In this document: positions 1 through 10,686 of the stretch, one piece after another
Numbering within the stretch: position 1 is the first letter of the stretch
Layout: every line of letters starts with the position of its first letter
IMG/VR virus record: IMGVR_UViG_3300025137_000028
Span: 9,931 to 73,930 of that record
Origin: a virus
Strand: one strand, 5' to 3'
Length of the DNA stretch: 64,000 bases
Notes under the pieces: generated by a model
Database searches by the model: none
Seen by the model: only the letters and a program-made list of their open reading frames with translations
Told to the model about the DNA's origin: nothing
Translations under genes and position numbers: made by a program

Positions 1-1
1 T

Positions 2-1387
2 GCCTCAGTGTATTATCTAGCTATGGGTAGATCGTATGCTTTTAGTACATCTACAAGACCAGACGGTAGAACAGAAGCAGAGGGATCTGATACTTCAGCT
101 CCTACACCAATAGATTCAATACAAGAAGAATTTTATTCTTTTGACGATTTCATGGCTGCTAAAAAAGTAACAAGTAATGACGTATCTTTCTCTATACCGA
201 GAAGAAACTGGACGACTGGCACAGTCTATGATTATTACAGACACGATTATGGTAATTTTGTTACAGGTGGTACAACAGTTCAATCAGCAAATAGTGGTGC
301 TGTAACATTATTTGACGCTACTTTTTATGTAATGTCATCCGACTTTAATATTTACAAAGTTTTAGATAATAATGGCAACGCTGCCTCAACAGTAGAACCA
401 TCAGGAACATCTAACTCTATTTTAACAACTGGTGACGGATACAAATGGAAATATATGTATTCTTTATCAGCTGCTCAAAGACAAAACTTTTTATCTACTG
501 ACTTTATGGCAGTAGCAACAAACTCAACAGTATCATCTGCTGCTACAGACGGTGCTGTAAATATTGTAAAAATTAAAACAGCAGGATCAGGTGGTTCTAA
601 CGGTTCACACACTAGTGTGCCAATTAGAGGCGATGGTTCAAGTGGCGCTGCTACTGTAACTGTATCAGGTGGAGCTGTGACGGCTGTAACTGTAACAAAC
701 GCAGGATCAGGTTACACATTTGCTTATATTAGAAACGCTGATATAGTAACTGCTGGTGCTACAAGTTTATCAGGTTCTGAATTAGACGTAATAATTGAAC
801 CAAAAGGCGGACACGGATTTAATGCTGTAAAAGAATTAGGTGGATTTTTTGTAATGTGTAATGTTAACTTTGAAGGAACAGAATCATCTAACTCAGGTGA
901 CTTTACAGTAGGACAAGATTTTAGAAGAATTGCTTTATTAAGAGATATACAAACAAGTGGATCAGCTTCTACAGCAACTACTTTAAGAGGTTCAAAAGCA
1001 ATATTACTTGCTAGTAACTCTGGTAACTTTACAGTAGATGAAGAAATAAATCAAGCTTCAACAGGTGCTGTAGGTGTAGTTGTTGAATGGGATTCATCAA
1101 ACAAAATTTTGTATTATGTACAGACAAGGCACAATGACGCAGGTGCCGATACAAATGGTAATCTAACAGCATTTTCTGGAACAAATGGTATAACAGGTCA
1201 AAGTTCTAGTGCCACAGGTACACCATCTAGTTCAACTTCAACAGTTGACAGTGTATCTTTTTCTAGTGGCTATGCTGCTCCAGAAATAGACGCAGACACA
1301 GGTGATGTATTATACATAGAAAATAGATCGCCAATAACAAGAGCTGCCGATCAAACAGAGAACGTAAAATTAATAATTGAGTTTTAG
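2..1387 (+). CDS. gp8: Baseplate wedge subunit gp8 (5'-truncated by window edge)
   Basis: Motifs IPRRNWTTGTVYDYY, GDGYKWKYMYS, GGHG and C-terminal IENRSPITRAADQTENVKLIIEF are typical of T4-like gp8; frame is open to the window start. Confidence 0.85.
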   Translation, partial: ASVYYLAMGRSYAFSTSTRPDGRTEAEGSDTSAPTPIDSIQEEFYSFDDFMAAKKVTSNDVSFSIPRRNWTTGTVYDYYRHDYGNFVTGGTTVQSANSGAVTLFDATFYVMSSDFNIYKVLDNNGNAASTVEPSGTSNSILTTGDGYKWKYMYSLSAAQRQNFLSTDFMAVATNSTVSSAATDGAVNIVKIKTAGSGGSNGSHTSVPIRGDGSSGAATVTVSGGAVTAVTVTNAGSGYTFAYIRNADIVTAGATSLSGSELDVIIEPKGGHGFNAVKELGGFFVMCNVNFEGTESSNSGDFTVGQDFRRIALLRDIQTSGSASTATTLRGSKAILLASNSGNFTVDEEINQASTGAVGVVVEWDSSNKILYYVQTRHNDAGADTNGNLTAFSGTNGITGQSSSATGTPSSSTSTVDSVSFSSGYAAPEIDADTGDVLYIENRSPITRAADQTENVKLIIEF

Positions 1388-1396
1388 AGGAAAATA

Positions 1397-4300
1397 ATGC
1401 CAAGTCCAACTGACTTTAACCTCACGCCTTATTATGATGACTTTACTGAAAGTAAAAACTTTCATAGAGTTTTATTTAGACCAGCGTTTGCTGTTCAGGC
1501 GAGAGAGTTAACACAATCACAATCGATATTACAAAATCAAATTGAAAGATTTGGTGATCATATGTTCAAACAAGGAGCTATGGTTATCCCAGGACAAGTC
1601 GGATTAGATACCTCATATTACGCTTTAAAATTAACTTCTAAATCAGCTGCTTCAATAAACACATATTTAAATACAACATTAACAGGTGCTTCATCTGGTG
1701 TTGTTGCTGATATTGTAGGAGTTGCCGCTACAGACGGTACTGATCCTGATACACTATTTGTTAAATATAATAAAACAGGTTCAAATAATACTGCTATAGA
1801 ATTTACAGATGGAGAAACTGCCACATCAAGTGCTGACGGTTCACCAACAGTTGTAGTTGCTACAACACATACTGGTTCTGCTGTCGGAGTAAAACAAGGT
1901 GTATATTACATTAATGGATTTTTTGTTCAAATAGCTGACACAACACTTGTTTTAGATAAGTACACAAACACACCATCTTACAGAATAGGATTTACAGTTA
2001 CAGAATCATTTGTAAACCCAGCAGACGATTCAAGTTTAAATGATAATGCCGCTGGTAGTTCAAATGTAAATGCTCCTGGTGCTCATAGATTTAAAATTTC
2101 ATTAACACTTGCTAAGAAAACATTATCAAGTACCGAAGACTCTAACTTCTTTGAAGTAATGAGAGTTGAAGATGGTCAAATTAGATCACAAATAAGATCA
2201 ACAGAATATAACGTATTAGAAGACACACTTGCTCGTAGAACATTTGACGAATCAGGTGATTATGTTTTAACAAATCCAGATTTTGATGTTAGACAACATT
2301 TAAGTTCAGGTAATAACAGAGGTATATTTACATCTGGTAACGGTGGTTCTGAGGCAAAACTTTCAATAGGTGTTTCACCATTTAAAGCTTATGTAAAAGG
2401 TTATGAATCAGAAATTTTATCAACAACATTTGTTGATGTAGATAAAGCCAGAGATTTTGATACTCAAAATAATAATAAAACAAGATTTAATTTAAAAAAC
2501 TTTGTTAATGTTACAAACGTTTTCGGATCACCTGATATAGGTTTTGTATCTGGTGACGTTGAAGCATTTAAAAAAGTTAGTTTATATAAAGACCCTACAG
2601 TTGCTAGAGGTACGGAAGTATCTACAGTAGGTAATAATGTACCTACAATAGGTAGAGCAAAGTCTCGTGGTTTTGAATATGTAACAGGTAGTGAAACAGA
2701 TGATATATTTGCTACAACAAATACTTACAGACATTATCTATTTGATGTAGAAATGTTTACTCATGTTGATTGTATAGGTTCTGCTTCATACACAACAGGT
2801 GAAATAGTTTCAGGTGCTACTTCAGGCGCAACTGCTACAGTTATGGCTGCTACAGTTACAAGATCAGTTGCTATAACTTCAATAACTGCTTCTAATACAG
2901 ACATGTCCGGAACATTTACTACAGCTGTTGTAACTTTAAACAATCACGGTTTAGTAGACGGACAACAAATTAATGTATCAGGTGGTTCTTTTCAAATAGA
3001 CTCAACTGCTTACACTGAAGGAACTTTTACTGCTAGAAATACTACAACTAATACATTTGAATTGTTTGACGCAACTGGTGATGATCCTGGGATGAACGTA
3101 ACTTCATTCTCTTCAGCACCTACAATAAAACATACAACACTTGTTTTAGCAAACGTAAGTGGATCATTTAGTGCTGGTGAAGTTATTACAGGACAATCTT
3201 CTAACGCTTCTTTATCAAGTCAGGCAGATAGAATTGGATTTAAAGCTGTAACTAGTTTTGACTTTAATCAAACTAAACAAATTGGTATGGCAGGATCACC
3301 TACTTATACTGCTGACACAGTAACAAATTCAACTTATGGATCAAACACTGATTTAACAGGTCAAATTTCAATAGCTGCCTCTGGTCAAACATTATTTGGT
3401 AAAGGTACTTTATTTAATTCAGAATTAAAAATTGGTGACAATGTATCATTTGTTAATGACGCAGGTACAACTATTAACAAAAGAATAAAATATATTCATT
3501 CTAATATTAAGGCACAAATAGATTCAGCAGTAACTAGTAGTGATGAAACAACTGGTTCGCCTATAACAAGAAAAAGAGCAAAATTACAAAATCCTGAAAA
3601 TAATATTTCATTATTTAAGTTACCTAACATTACAATTAAAACTTTAAAAACAACTGATAACTCAGGCTTAACAGATACTAACTTTGGTGTAAGAAGACAC
3701 TTTACAGGTACTTTATCATCTAATGGTGATGTAACGATTACAGCTGGTACTAACGAAGTATTTTCTTCTCAGTTAGAAAAAGATATTACAGCAACTGTTA
3801 TGACAACAGGCTCTGGTGGTACTGGTGCTATAGGTGATGTATTAAATACAAGTGGTAATAACCACGAAGGTGACGCTATCTATAACTTAGGTGGTTCGCC
3901 AACAGGCAAAACTTTACAATTAGATTTTGGTGCTAACTTTGCTGGTCATAAAGTAAAAATTTTAGCAACAGTAAGTAGATCAGTTGCTAACTCAAAATCA
4001 AAAACATTAAATTCAAGTTCAACAGTAAATATTACTTCACAATCTTTTATAGAAAACGGAATATTAGGATTAGGAAAAGCAGACGTTAAGACAATTAATA
4101 ATGTTTACATGTCTCCAGCATTCGGTACAACTGCTACAACTTCACATACAGACGTTACAGATAGATTTAGTTTAGATACAGGTCAAAGAGATAACTTTTA
4201 CGATATAGGAAGAATTAAATTAAAACCAGGTGCTTTAAAACCTACAGGTGAATTATTAGTTAATTTTGATTTCTTCTCTCATGGTTCTGGCGATTACTTT

Positions 4301-7300
4301 GATGTTGATTCATATTCAGGTGTTGTAGATTATGAAGATATACCTAGTTACACATCTGATACATCTGGTAAAAAATTTGAATTAAGAGATACAATAGATT
4401 TTAGACCTAGAGTTGATGACGCTTCAACAGTTCCAGGTAATACTTCAGGTTCAGATTTTGAAAGAAGTTATGATGGTACTGGTTCTGCTTCACATGATAT
4501 TGTAAAATTTGATACAGACGTTACAACAGATTTTGAGTTTTACTTAAACAGAATAGACAAAATTTTTATCACTAGAGAAGCTAAAATAAAAATATTAAAA
4601 GGTGCTTCAGCATTAAATCCTTTAGTGCCAGGCGATTTAGACGGACATTTACATTTAGCAACTTTAGATATACCTAGTTATACATTAGACACAAGAGACG
4701 TTATTGTAACTGAACAAGACAATAGACGTTTCACTATGAGAGACATAGGTAATTTAGAACAAAGAATACAAAACGTTGAATACTATACTCAACTTTCTTT
4801 ATTAGAAGCTAGTGCTCAATCTTTACAAATACAAGATTCAAATGGTTTAGATAGATTTAAAAACGGATTTATCGTTGATAACTTTACTGGTCACAATATA
4901 GGTGATGTAGGTAATAACGATTATAAAATTTCTATTGACAGAGGTAGAGGTGAAGGAAGACCTATGTTCAATGAAGACATTATTGAATTTGAAGAAGTTG
5001 ATGATGACGGTACAGCGATAGTAGCAGCTGATAGAACAGCAGCTAGTTATCAAAAAACTGGCGATTTAATTACACTACCTTACACAGAGGTAACTGCTAT
5101 AGATCAACCATTAGCAACTAAGACAGAAAATTTACAACCATTTATGATTTTCAATTGGATAGGTAGTATTGAATTAGATCCACCATTAGATGAATGGAAA
5201 GAAACTAATAGAGCACCTGAGTTAGTTGTTAACATGAATGGTACTTTTGATAACTTGGCTATATCCAGAGGTTTAGATAATACTAATATTACATCAATAC
5301 CTTTCGGTACAGAGTGGAATGAATGGCAAGATCAATGGACAGGTAATCCTAGAACGACTAGCAGACGGATAGGAAATCAAATTACTACAACAAGCACAGT
5401 TGATGTAGTTCAAACAAGAGGAGGAATTAGAACAAATATAATTCCTCAAACTCAAAGACAAAGTTTAGGTGATAGAGTTTTAGCAGTTAACTTTGTACCA
5501 TTTATTAGAAGTAGAGATATTACTTTTACTGCTCAAGGTATGAGACCAAACACAAGAGTTTTTGGTTTCTTTGATAATATAGACGCTTCAACTTATATAA
5601 CTCCTAGTGGGGGATCGTTAGGTGGTAATGTAGTTACAGATTCAAACGGTGCCGTAACAGGTACTTTTTCTATACCTGATCCAACAGTTGACGCAAATCC
5701 AAGATGGCGTACAGGTACAAGAGTATTCAGATTAACAAACTCATCTACAAATGCTGATTTAACATCTTCAAGTACGGCAACATCTGCTGAAGCAGATTAT
5801 GTTGCTAGAGGTTTACAAGAAACTGTAGGAGATGTAGTTGTTTCAACTAGAGAGGCAAGAGTTGTTAGAACAAATGTATCTGATACAAGTAGAACAACTA
5901 GAATTACAGGAAGATCAGTAAGAAATGTACCTAATCCAGATCCACTAGCTCAATCATTTTTAATAGATGATCCAGAAGGTATTTTTGTAACTAGTGTTGA
6001 TTGTTTCTTTGCTACTAAATCAACTACTATACCTGTTAAAGTTCAACTTAGAACAATGGTAAACGGTTATCCTAGTGATGAATTATTACCATTTGCTGAA
6101 AAATATTTAAATCCTGGTTCAGTAAATACTAGTACAGACGGAACAAGTGCTACTACATTTACATTTGATTCACCTGTTTACTTAAAAGAAGGTACTGAAT
6201 ATTGTTTAGTATTAAAATCTGACTCAGACGATTATACTACTTACGTTGCTAGATTAGGTGGTACTAATTTAAGTTCAGATAGAACAGTATCAAAACAACC
6301 TGCTACAGGTATCTTATTCAAATCAGCAAACAATAGAACTTGGAATGCTGAACAATTAGAAGATTTAAAATTCAAATTAAAAAAAGCCTCGTTTACAACA
6401 AACACAACAGGTACATTAACTTTAGCAAATAAAGATAATCCTGTTAGAACATTAGGCACAAATCCATTAAGAACATTTAACGGTACAGGTCTTATCAGAG
6501 TATTCCATAAAAATCACGGTTTACATTCTACAAGTGATAATGTAACTATTGCTGGTATATCTTCAGGCACATACAACGGTATTGCTCATAGTGCTATAAA
6601 TGGTACATATACAAGTATTTCAAACATCACATTAGATAGTTACGATATAACGACTGGCGGTACTGCCAATGCGACTGGTGATGTAGGTGGTACAACTGTA
6701 ACAGCAACGGAGAATAGACAATTTGATGTTTTACAATTACAATTAGGAACGATTACTCAACCTGATACTACTTTAACTACAACACTTAGAACAACAAGCG
6801 GTAAATCAGTTCACGGAACAGAAACACCATTTACTGTACAAAGTTCTTCAAACGCTACAACAGTTGTGTTAAAAGATAACATTTACTTTAATGAACCTAA
6901 ATTAGTTGCTAGTTCTATAAATCAAACTAACGAAATGTCAAGTTCTAAATCTATGTTTGTAAATGTATCTTTAATAACTACAAAAGCAAACGTATCTCCT
7001 GTTATTGATTTAAAAAGAGTTAATGCTTTTGCTATACAAAACAGATTAAATAATCCTTCAGTTTCATCAACTAATACATTTACAGGTGATGGTTCAACAA
7101 CAGGATTTACACTATCAGGCACACCAACAAGTGTTCACATATTGTCAATTAAAAAAGACGGATTAAAATTACAACCTGTTGATGACTTTACAGTTTCAGG
7201 TACAACTTTAACAATGGGTACAGCACCAGCAAGTGGGGCAAAAGTAATTGCTAAAATTACAAATACGGTAGACTTTGAAGAAGATACAGCAATAGAGGGT

Positions 7301-7675
7301 GGATCATCTGCTGGTTCTTACTTAACAAGACCAATAAATTTAGAAAATCCATCAACTGCTTTAGACATAAGAATTGCTGCTAGTATAAGAACAACATCTA
7401 GTTTAAAAGCTTTCTTTAGAATTACAGGTGGTGAAGTAACTGAAAGAATAGAAGATATAGAATATACGCCGTTTAATACAGACGGTTCATCTGATACAAC
7501 AATCACACCAAGTGAAAATGATCAAGTATTAGATGATGAATTTAAAGATCATAAGTTTTCTGTATCAGGTTTACAAGAATTTACATCTTTTCAAATTAAA
7601 TTTGTATTCACAGGTACTAACTCTTGTTTACCAGCAAGAATTAAAGATTTAAGAGGTATTGCTTTGGCGGTTTAA
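1397..7675 (+). CDS. Large virion structural protein, VrlC/DUF4815-like
   Basis: N-terminal PYYDDF...VLFRP...QARELTQ.QSILQNQI, RRTFDESG, DPLAQSF and C-terminal DLRGIALA; usual position after gp8 in marine T4-like phages. Confidence 0.8.
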   Translation: MPSPTDFNLTPYYDDFTESKNFHRVLFRPAFAVQARELTQSQSILQNQIERFGDHMFKQGAMVIPGQVGLDTSYYALKLTSKSAASINTYLNTTLTGASSGVVADIVGVAATDGTDPDTLFVKYNKTGSNNTAIEFTDGETATSSADGSPTVVVATTHTGSAVGVKQGVYYINGFFVQIADTTLVLDKYTNTPSYRIGFTVTESFVNPADDSSLNDNAAGSSNVNAPGAHRFKISLTLAKKTLSSTEDSNFFEVMRVEDGQIRSQIRSTEYNVLEDTLARRTFDESGDYVLTNPDFDVRQHLSSGNNRGIFTSGNGGSEAKLSIGVSPFKAYVKGYESEILSTTFVDVDKARDFDTQNNNKTRFNLKNFVNVTNVFGSPDIGFVSGDVEAFKKVSLYKDPTVARGTEVSTVGNNVPTIGRAKSRGFEYVTGSETDDIFATTNTYRHYLFDVEMFTHVDCIGSASYTTGEIVSGATSGATATVMAATVTRSVAITSITASNTDMSGTFTTAVVTLNNHGLVDGQQINVSGGSFQIDSTAYTEGTFTARNTTTNTFELFDATGDDPGMNVTSFSSAPTIKHTTLVLANVSGSFSAGEVITGQSSNASLSSQADRIGFKAVTSFDFNQTKQIGMAGSPTYTADTVTNSTYGSNTDLTGQISIAASGQTLFGKGTLFNSELKIGDNVSFVNDAGTTINKRIKYIHSNIKAQIDSAVTSSDETTGSPITRKRAKLQNPENNISLFKLPNITIKTLKTTDNSGLTDTNFGVRRHFTGTLSSNGDVTITAGTNEVFSSQLEKDITATVMTTGSGGTGAIGDVLNTSGNNHEGDAIYNLGGSPTGKTLQLDFGANFAGHKVKILATVSRSVANSKSKTLNSSSTVNITSQSFIENGILGLGKADVKTINNVYMSPAFGTTATTSHTDVTDRFSLDTGQRDNFYDIGRIKLKPGALKPTGELLVNFDFFSHGSGDYFDVDSYSGVVDYEDIPSYTSDTSGKKFELRDTIDFRPRVDDASTVPGNTSGSDFERSYDGTGSASHDIVKFDTDVTTDFEFYLNRIDKIFITREAKIKILKGASALNPLVPGDLDGHLHLATLDIPSYTLDTRDVIVTEQDNRRFTMRDIGNLEQRIQNVEYYTQLSLLEASAQSLQIQDSNGLDRFKNGFIVDNFTGHNIGDVGNNDYKISIDRGRGEGRPMFNEDIIEFEEVDDDGTAIVAADRTAASYQKTGDLITLPYTEVTAIDQPLATKTENLQPFMIFNWIGSIELDPPLDEWKETNRAPELVVNMNGTFDNLAISRGLDNTNITSIPFGTEWNEWQDQWTGNPRTTSRRIGNQITTTSTVDVVQTRGGIRTNIIPQTQRQSLGDRVLAVNFVPFIRSRDITFTAQGMRPNTRVFGFFDNIDASTYITPSGGSLGGNVVTDSNGAVTGTFSIPDPTVDANPRWRTGTRVFRLTNSSTNADLTSSSTATSAEADYVARGLQETVGDVVVSTREARVVRTNVSDTSRTTRITGRSVRNVPNPDPLAQSFLIDDPEGIFVTSVDCFFATKSTTIPVKVQLRTMVNGYPSDELLPFAEKYLNPGSVNTSTDGTSATTFTFDSPVYLKEGTEYCLVLKSDSDDYTTYVARLGGTNLSSDRTVSKQPATGILFKSANNRTWNAEQLEDLKFKLKKASFTTNTTGTLTLANKDNPVRTLGTNPLRTFNGTGLIRVFHKNHGLHSTSDNVTIAGISSGTYNGIAHSAINGTYTSISNITLDSYDITTGGTANATGDVGGTTVTATENRQFDVLQLQLGTITQPDTTLTTTLRTTSGKSVHGTETPFTVQSSSNATTVVLKDNIYFNEPKLVASSINQTNEMSSSKSMFVNVSLITTKANVSPVIDLKRVNAFAIQNRLNNPSVSSTNTFTGDGSTTGFTLSGTPTSVHILSIKKDGLKLQPVDDFTVSGTTLTMGTAPASGAKVIAKITNTVDFEEDTAIEGGSSAGSYLTRPINLENPSTALDIRIAASIRTTSSLKAFFRITGGEVTERIEDIEYTPFNTDGSSDTTITPSENDQVLDDEFKDHKFSVSGLQEFTSFQIKFVFTGTNSCLPARIKDLRGIALAV

Positions 7676-7676
7676 T

Positions 7677-7898
7677 ATGAGTTTAATTAAAGTAAAAAAT
7701 TTTGATAGTTTAGGTAGAGATATTAGAAGTGGTGCTATTGTTAATACAAATACAAGTGAATATAGTTTATACATGAATAGATTAAAACTAAGAGAACAAC
7801 AAAATGATAAGTTAAGAAACGCTTGTAAAGAAATAAATACTTTAAAGATAGAATTAAGAGAAATAAAAAATTTATTAAAAAAGGTAGTAGGTAAGTAA
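7677..7898 (+). CDS. Conserved hypothetical protein (coiled coil)
   Basis: ATG at 7677 just after the upstream stop; RDIRSGAIVN motif then a coiled-coil-like segment. Confidence 0.7.
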   Translation: MSLIKVKNFDSLGRDIRSGAIVNTNTSEYSLYMNRLKLREQQNDKLRNACKEINTLKIELREIKNLLKKVVGK

Positions 7899-8446
7899 TG
7901 GCTGTAAGATCAGTAGGAACAAATGATACACTAGAAACGTTTAGAAGTACGTTTAATAGTCACGCAACAGACACAGGTGATCTATCTAATTTAAATACAA
8001 CTGACTCAAGTTCGTTAGTTGCTGCTATTAATGAGGCAAAAGCTGGTACATCTACATTTACACTTAGAGATACGTCATCATCTACACAAACAATAACAGG
8101 TGGTGATACACTGAACGTTGAAGGTTCAGGTGGAGTATCTATGACAGTTAGTGCTACAGACACATTAACTGCCTCTTTAGACTCAACAATCACAGGTTTA
8201 ACAAGTTTAACTTCAACTGCTTTAGTAGGTAGTACATCTGTTACAGCAGGAACATTATTTTTAACTGAAAATAGAATTAGAACAACTGATAGTTCGATAT
8301 TGAATTTACAAGATATTATTGGAGTAACAAGTGCTGGTGCGATAAGTGGCGTATCTACTTTAGAAGCTTCTTCGGATATCACTATAAATAGTATAAGTGT
8401 GGCAACAAAACCTTTCGCTATCGCACAAGCAGTAGCATTAGGATAA
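7898..8446 (+). CDS. Virion structural / short fibre-like protein
   Basis: Ser/Thr-rich; TGDLSNLNTT..SSLVAAINE segment; C-terminal FAIAQAVALG. Confidence 0.6.
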   Translation: MAVRSVGTNDTLETFRSTFNSHATDTGDLSNLNTTDSSSLVAAINEAKAGTSTFTLRDTSSSTQTITGGDTLNVEGSGGVSMTVSATDTLTASLDSTITGLTSLTSTALVGSTSVTAGTLFLTENRIRTTDSSILNLQDIIGVTSAGAISGVSTLEASSDITINSISVATKPFAIAQAVALG

Positions 8447-8485
8447 TAAATAAAGATAAATAGTAACAAATAAAGGTAATTAACA

Positions 8486-8854
8486 ATGGCTAACGATTTT
8501 AAAAGATTCGCTGTACCTAATATAGCAACAGCAACAGGTGCCTCAGGCAATGCTGTCTATACAGTACCAGCTGGCGCAAGTTCAAGTGCTTTAGAATCTA
8601 TCGTAATCGGAATAACAATCTGTAATAAAAACTCCTCAGAGAGAACAGTAGGTATATTCTTAGATAACGAAGATGGTTCTAATGACGTGTATATTACAAA
8701 TGGATTAAAAGTTCCAGGTAATACTACAGTTGAGATCATGCAAGGTAATAAATTAGTTCTACAAAACGATGGTTCAAACGCTGACGTTTTAAGAGCTGAA
8801 GCTTCAGCAGGTTCTTCAATTGACGTAACAGTTTCAGTATTAGAAGACGTATAA
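8486..8854 (+). CDS. Virion structural protein (beta-rich)
   Basis: MANDFK start, YTVPA motif, beta-strand pattern; AAAGGT SD-like sequence. Confidence 0.55.
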   Translation: MANDFKRFAVPNIATATGASGNAVYTVPAGASSSALESIVIGITICNKNSSERTVGIFLDNEDGSNDVYITNGLKVPGNTTVEIMQGNKLVLQNDGSNADVLRAEASAGSSIDVTVSVLEDV

Positions 8855-8866
8855 TAGGGATTCACA

Positions 8867-9109
8867 ATGGTAAGATATATAAATGGAAAAGATAGACCTA
8901 CAGAGGTCAATACAAGACAGAATACAGGTGACGGTTCTACAACTGGTTTTACTGTAACACAAGGTATGACTGCTAATAAAGTAATAGTTTCTGTAAATGG
9001 TCTAGTACAAGAATCTTCTAACGATTTTTCAATCTCAGGCACTACATTAACTTTTGGTACGGCACCAAACAGTGGGGATGACGTTAACATAATAGAATTA
9101 CCAGTATAA
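8867..9109 (+). CDS. Small structural protein, stand-alone TGDGSTT beta domain
   Basis: Aligns by eye with a domain near the C-terminus of the VrlC-like protein. Confidence 0.6.
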   Translation: MVRYINGKDRPTEVNTRQNTGDGSTTGFTVTQGMTANKVIVSVNGLVQESSNDFSISGTTLTFGTAPNSGDDVNIIELPV

Positions 9110-9119
9110 GGATTAAACA

Positions 9120-10655
9120 ATGGTTCAAAAAATAAGAAGTAATCAAACAGATTTTACAAGTGATGATGACGCTATATTAATACCTAAGGGTACTTCAGCA
9201 CAAGGCTCTACAGTAACGGCAGGTGCTCTAAGATATAATACAACAACAGGTAGACTAGAAGTAGCCGATGGTTCTGCTTACGTTGGTGTAGGTATAGAAA
9301 TTCCTACAATTACTAGTGTTAGCCCTACAAACATAAACGCAAATGTTGACGGTGCTACAACAGACGTTGTTGTTACAGGTACAGGTTTTACAACAGGTGC
9401 TGTTGTTAAATTTATTGGTAATGACGCTTCATCTGTTACAGCAACTACAACAACAAGAAATTCAGCAACACAATTAACTGCTCGTGTTACAAATGCTAAC
9501 TTAGCTTCATCAAAAGAACCATTTGATGTTAAAGTTGAATTAGTTGAAGGTGTACAGACACAAATAGACAATCAAATTTCAATTAACGCTACTCCTGCTT
9601 TTATTACATCTGCTGGTTCTTTAGGATCATTTGAAGATGATGAAAGATCAGGTATCAGTATAGTAGTAGGGGCAACAGACGAAGAGTCTGCTGGTCCAGT
9701 TTTATTCAGAGTAGCAACTGGTGATTCATTACCAGCTGGTTTAGCTTTAACAAGTAATGACAATGATACTTGTACAATCGCTGGCGACGCTACAGCAGTA
9801 GATGACGATACTACAACAAGTTTTGACATTGAAGCTTCAGACGCTGCTTCAAACGTAACAACAAGATCATTTACAATCGCTATCCTTGCTAATAAATCTC
9901 AACAATTTAATGCTAACGGTACATTTGCTGTACCAACTGGTGTTACTGCTGTTCAGTTATTAGTTGTAGGATCCGGTGGTACTGGAGGAACAGGTGGCGG
10001 AGGCGGTGCTGGATTATGTTTCACAAACTCATTCTCAGTTTCCCCTGGTGGTACAGTAGCTGTTACAGTTGCTGGACTAAACAATAATAGACAAACATTC
10101 CCAGCCCCTAATACTCAATCTCGTGGTGCTTCAGGTGACTCATCTGTATTCAATACGACTGTAACTGCCATTTCTGGTGGCGGTGGCGGAGGTCCAGGTG
10201 GGCAGAATGACGCACAGTTACCAGGTAAAGACGGTGGATCAGGCGGCGGAGGCGGAGCCACGGGCGGTAAAGGTGGTTTCTATTCTGGTGGTCAAGGTAC
10301 ACAAGGTGCTTCTGGTGGTGTTCCAGGTTTTGGTAATGACGGTGGTGCTGGTTCAGGTACAGGAAATAACGGAACAAATGGTGGCGGTGGCGGAGGTGCT
10401 GGTGCTGCTGGCGGTAACGCAAATGCTTTACAAAACTCAAAAGGTGCTGGCGGTGACGGTAAACTATTTAATATAGCTGACGGTTCAACTAACGTTGGAT
10501 ACGCTGGAGGTATGGGTGGTTCTACTACTAGTACAGCCTTTGGTGCTGTTAACCCAGGTAGTCCAAACACAATGACTGATCCTCAACACGCAAACAGAGG
10601 TGGTGCTGGAAGCGGACAAGCCGCTGCTGGTGTTGTTATTGTTCGTTGGTCATAA
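9120..10655 (+). CDS. Tail fibre / adhesin-like protein with Ig-like domains and a glycine-rich C-terminal domain
   Basis: PTITSVSP (IPT/TIG-like), LPAGLAL cadherin-like domain, Gly-rich region ending GVVIVRW. Confidence 0.7.
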   Translation: MVQKIRSNQTDFTSDDDAILIPKGTSAQGSTVTAGALRYNTTTGRLEVADGSAYVGVGIEIPTITSVSPTNINANVDGATTDVVVTGTGFTTGAVVKFIGNDASSVTATTTTRNSATQLTARVTNANLASSKEPFDVKVELVEGVQTQIDNQISINATPAFITSAGSLGSFEDDERSGISIVVGATDEESAGPVLFRVATGDSLPAGLALTSNDNDTCTIAGDATAVDDDTTTSFDIEASDAASNVTTRSFTIAILANKSQQFNANGTFAVPTGVTAVQLLVVGSGGTGGTGGGGGAGLCFTNSFSVSPGGTVAVTVAGLNNNRQTFPAPNTQSRGASGDSSVFNTTVTAISGGGGGGPGGQNDAQLPGKDGGSGGGGGATGGKGGFYSGGQGTQGASGGVPGFGNDGGAGSGTGNNGTNGGGGGGAGAAGGNANALQNSKGAGGDGKLFNIADGSTNVGYAGGMGGSTTSTAFGAVNPGSPNTMTDPQHANRGGAGSGQAAAGVVIVRWS

Positions 10656-10686
10656 AAAATTAATTATATAATAATAGGAGTATATT

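Noticed and set aside
10150-10570. Alternative-frame ORFs and GGT/GGC repeats in the Gly-rich region
   Set aside because: Explained by glycine codons of the 9120..10655 protein; no Gly-X-Y collagen period and no template/variable repeat pair or reverse transcriptase for a DGR
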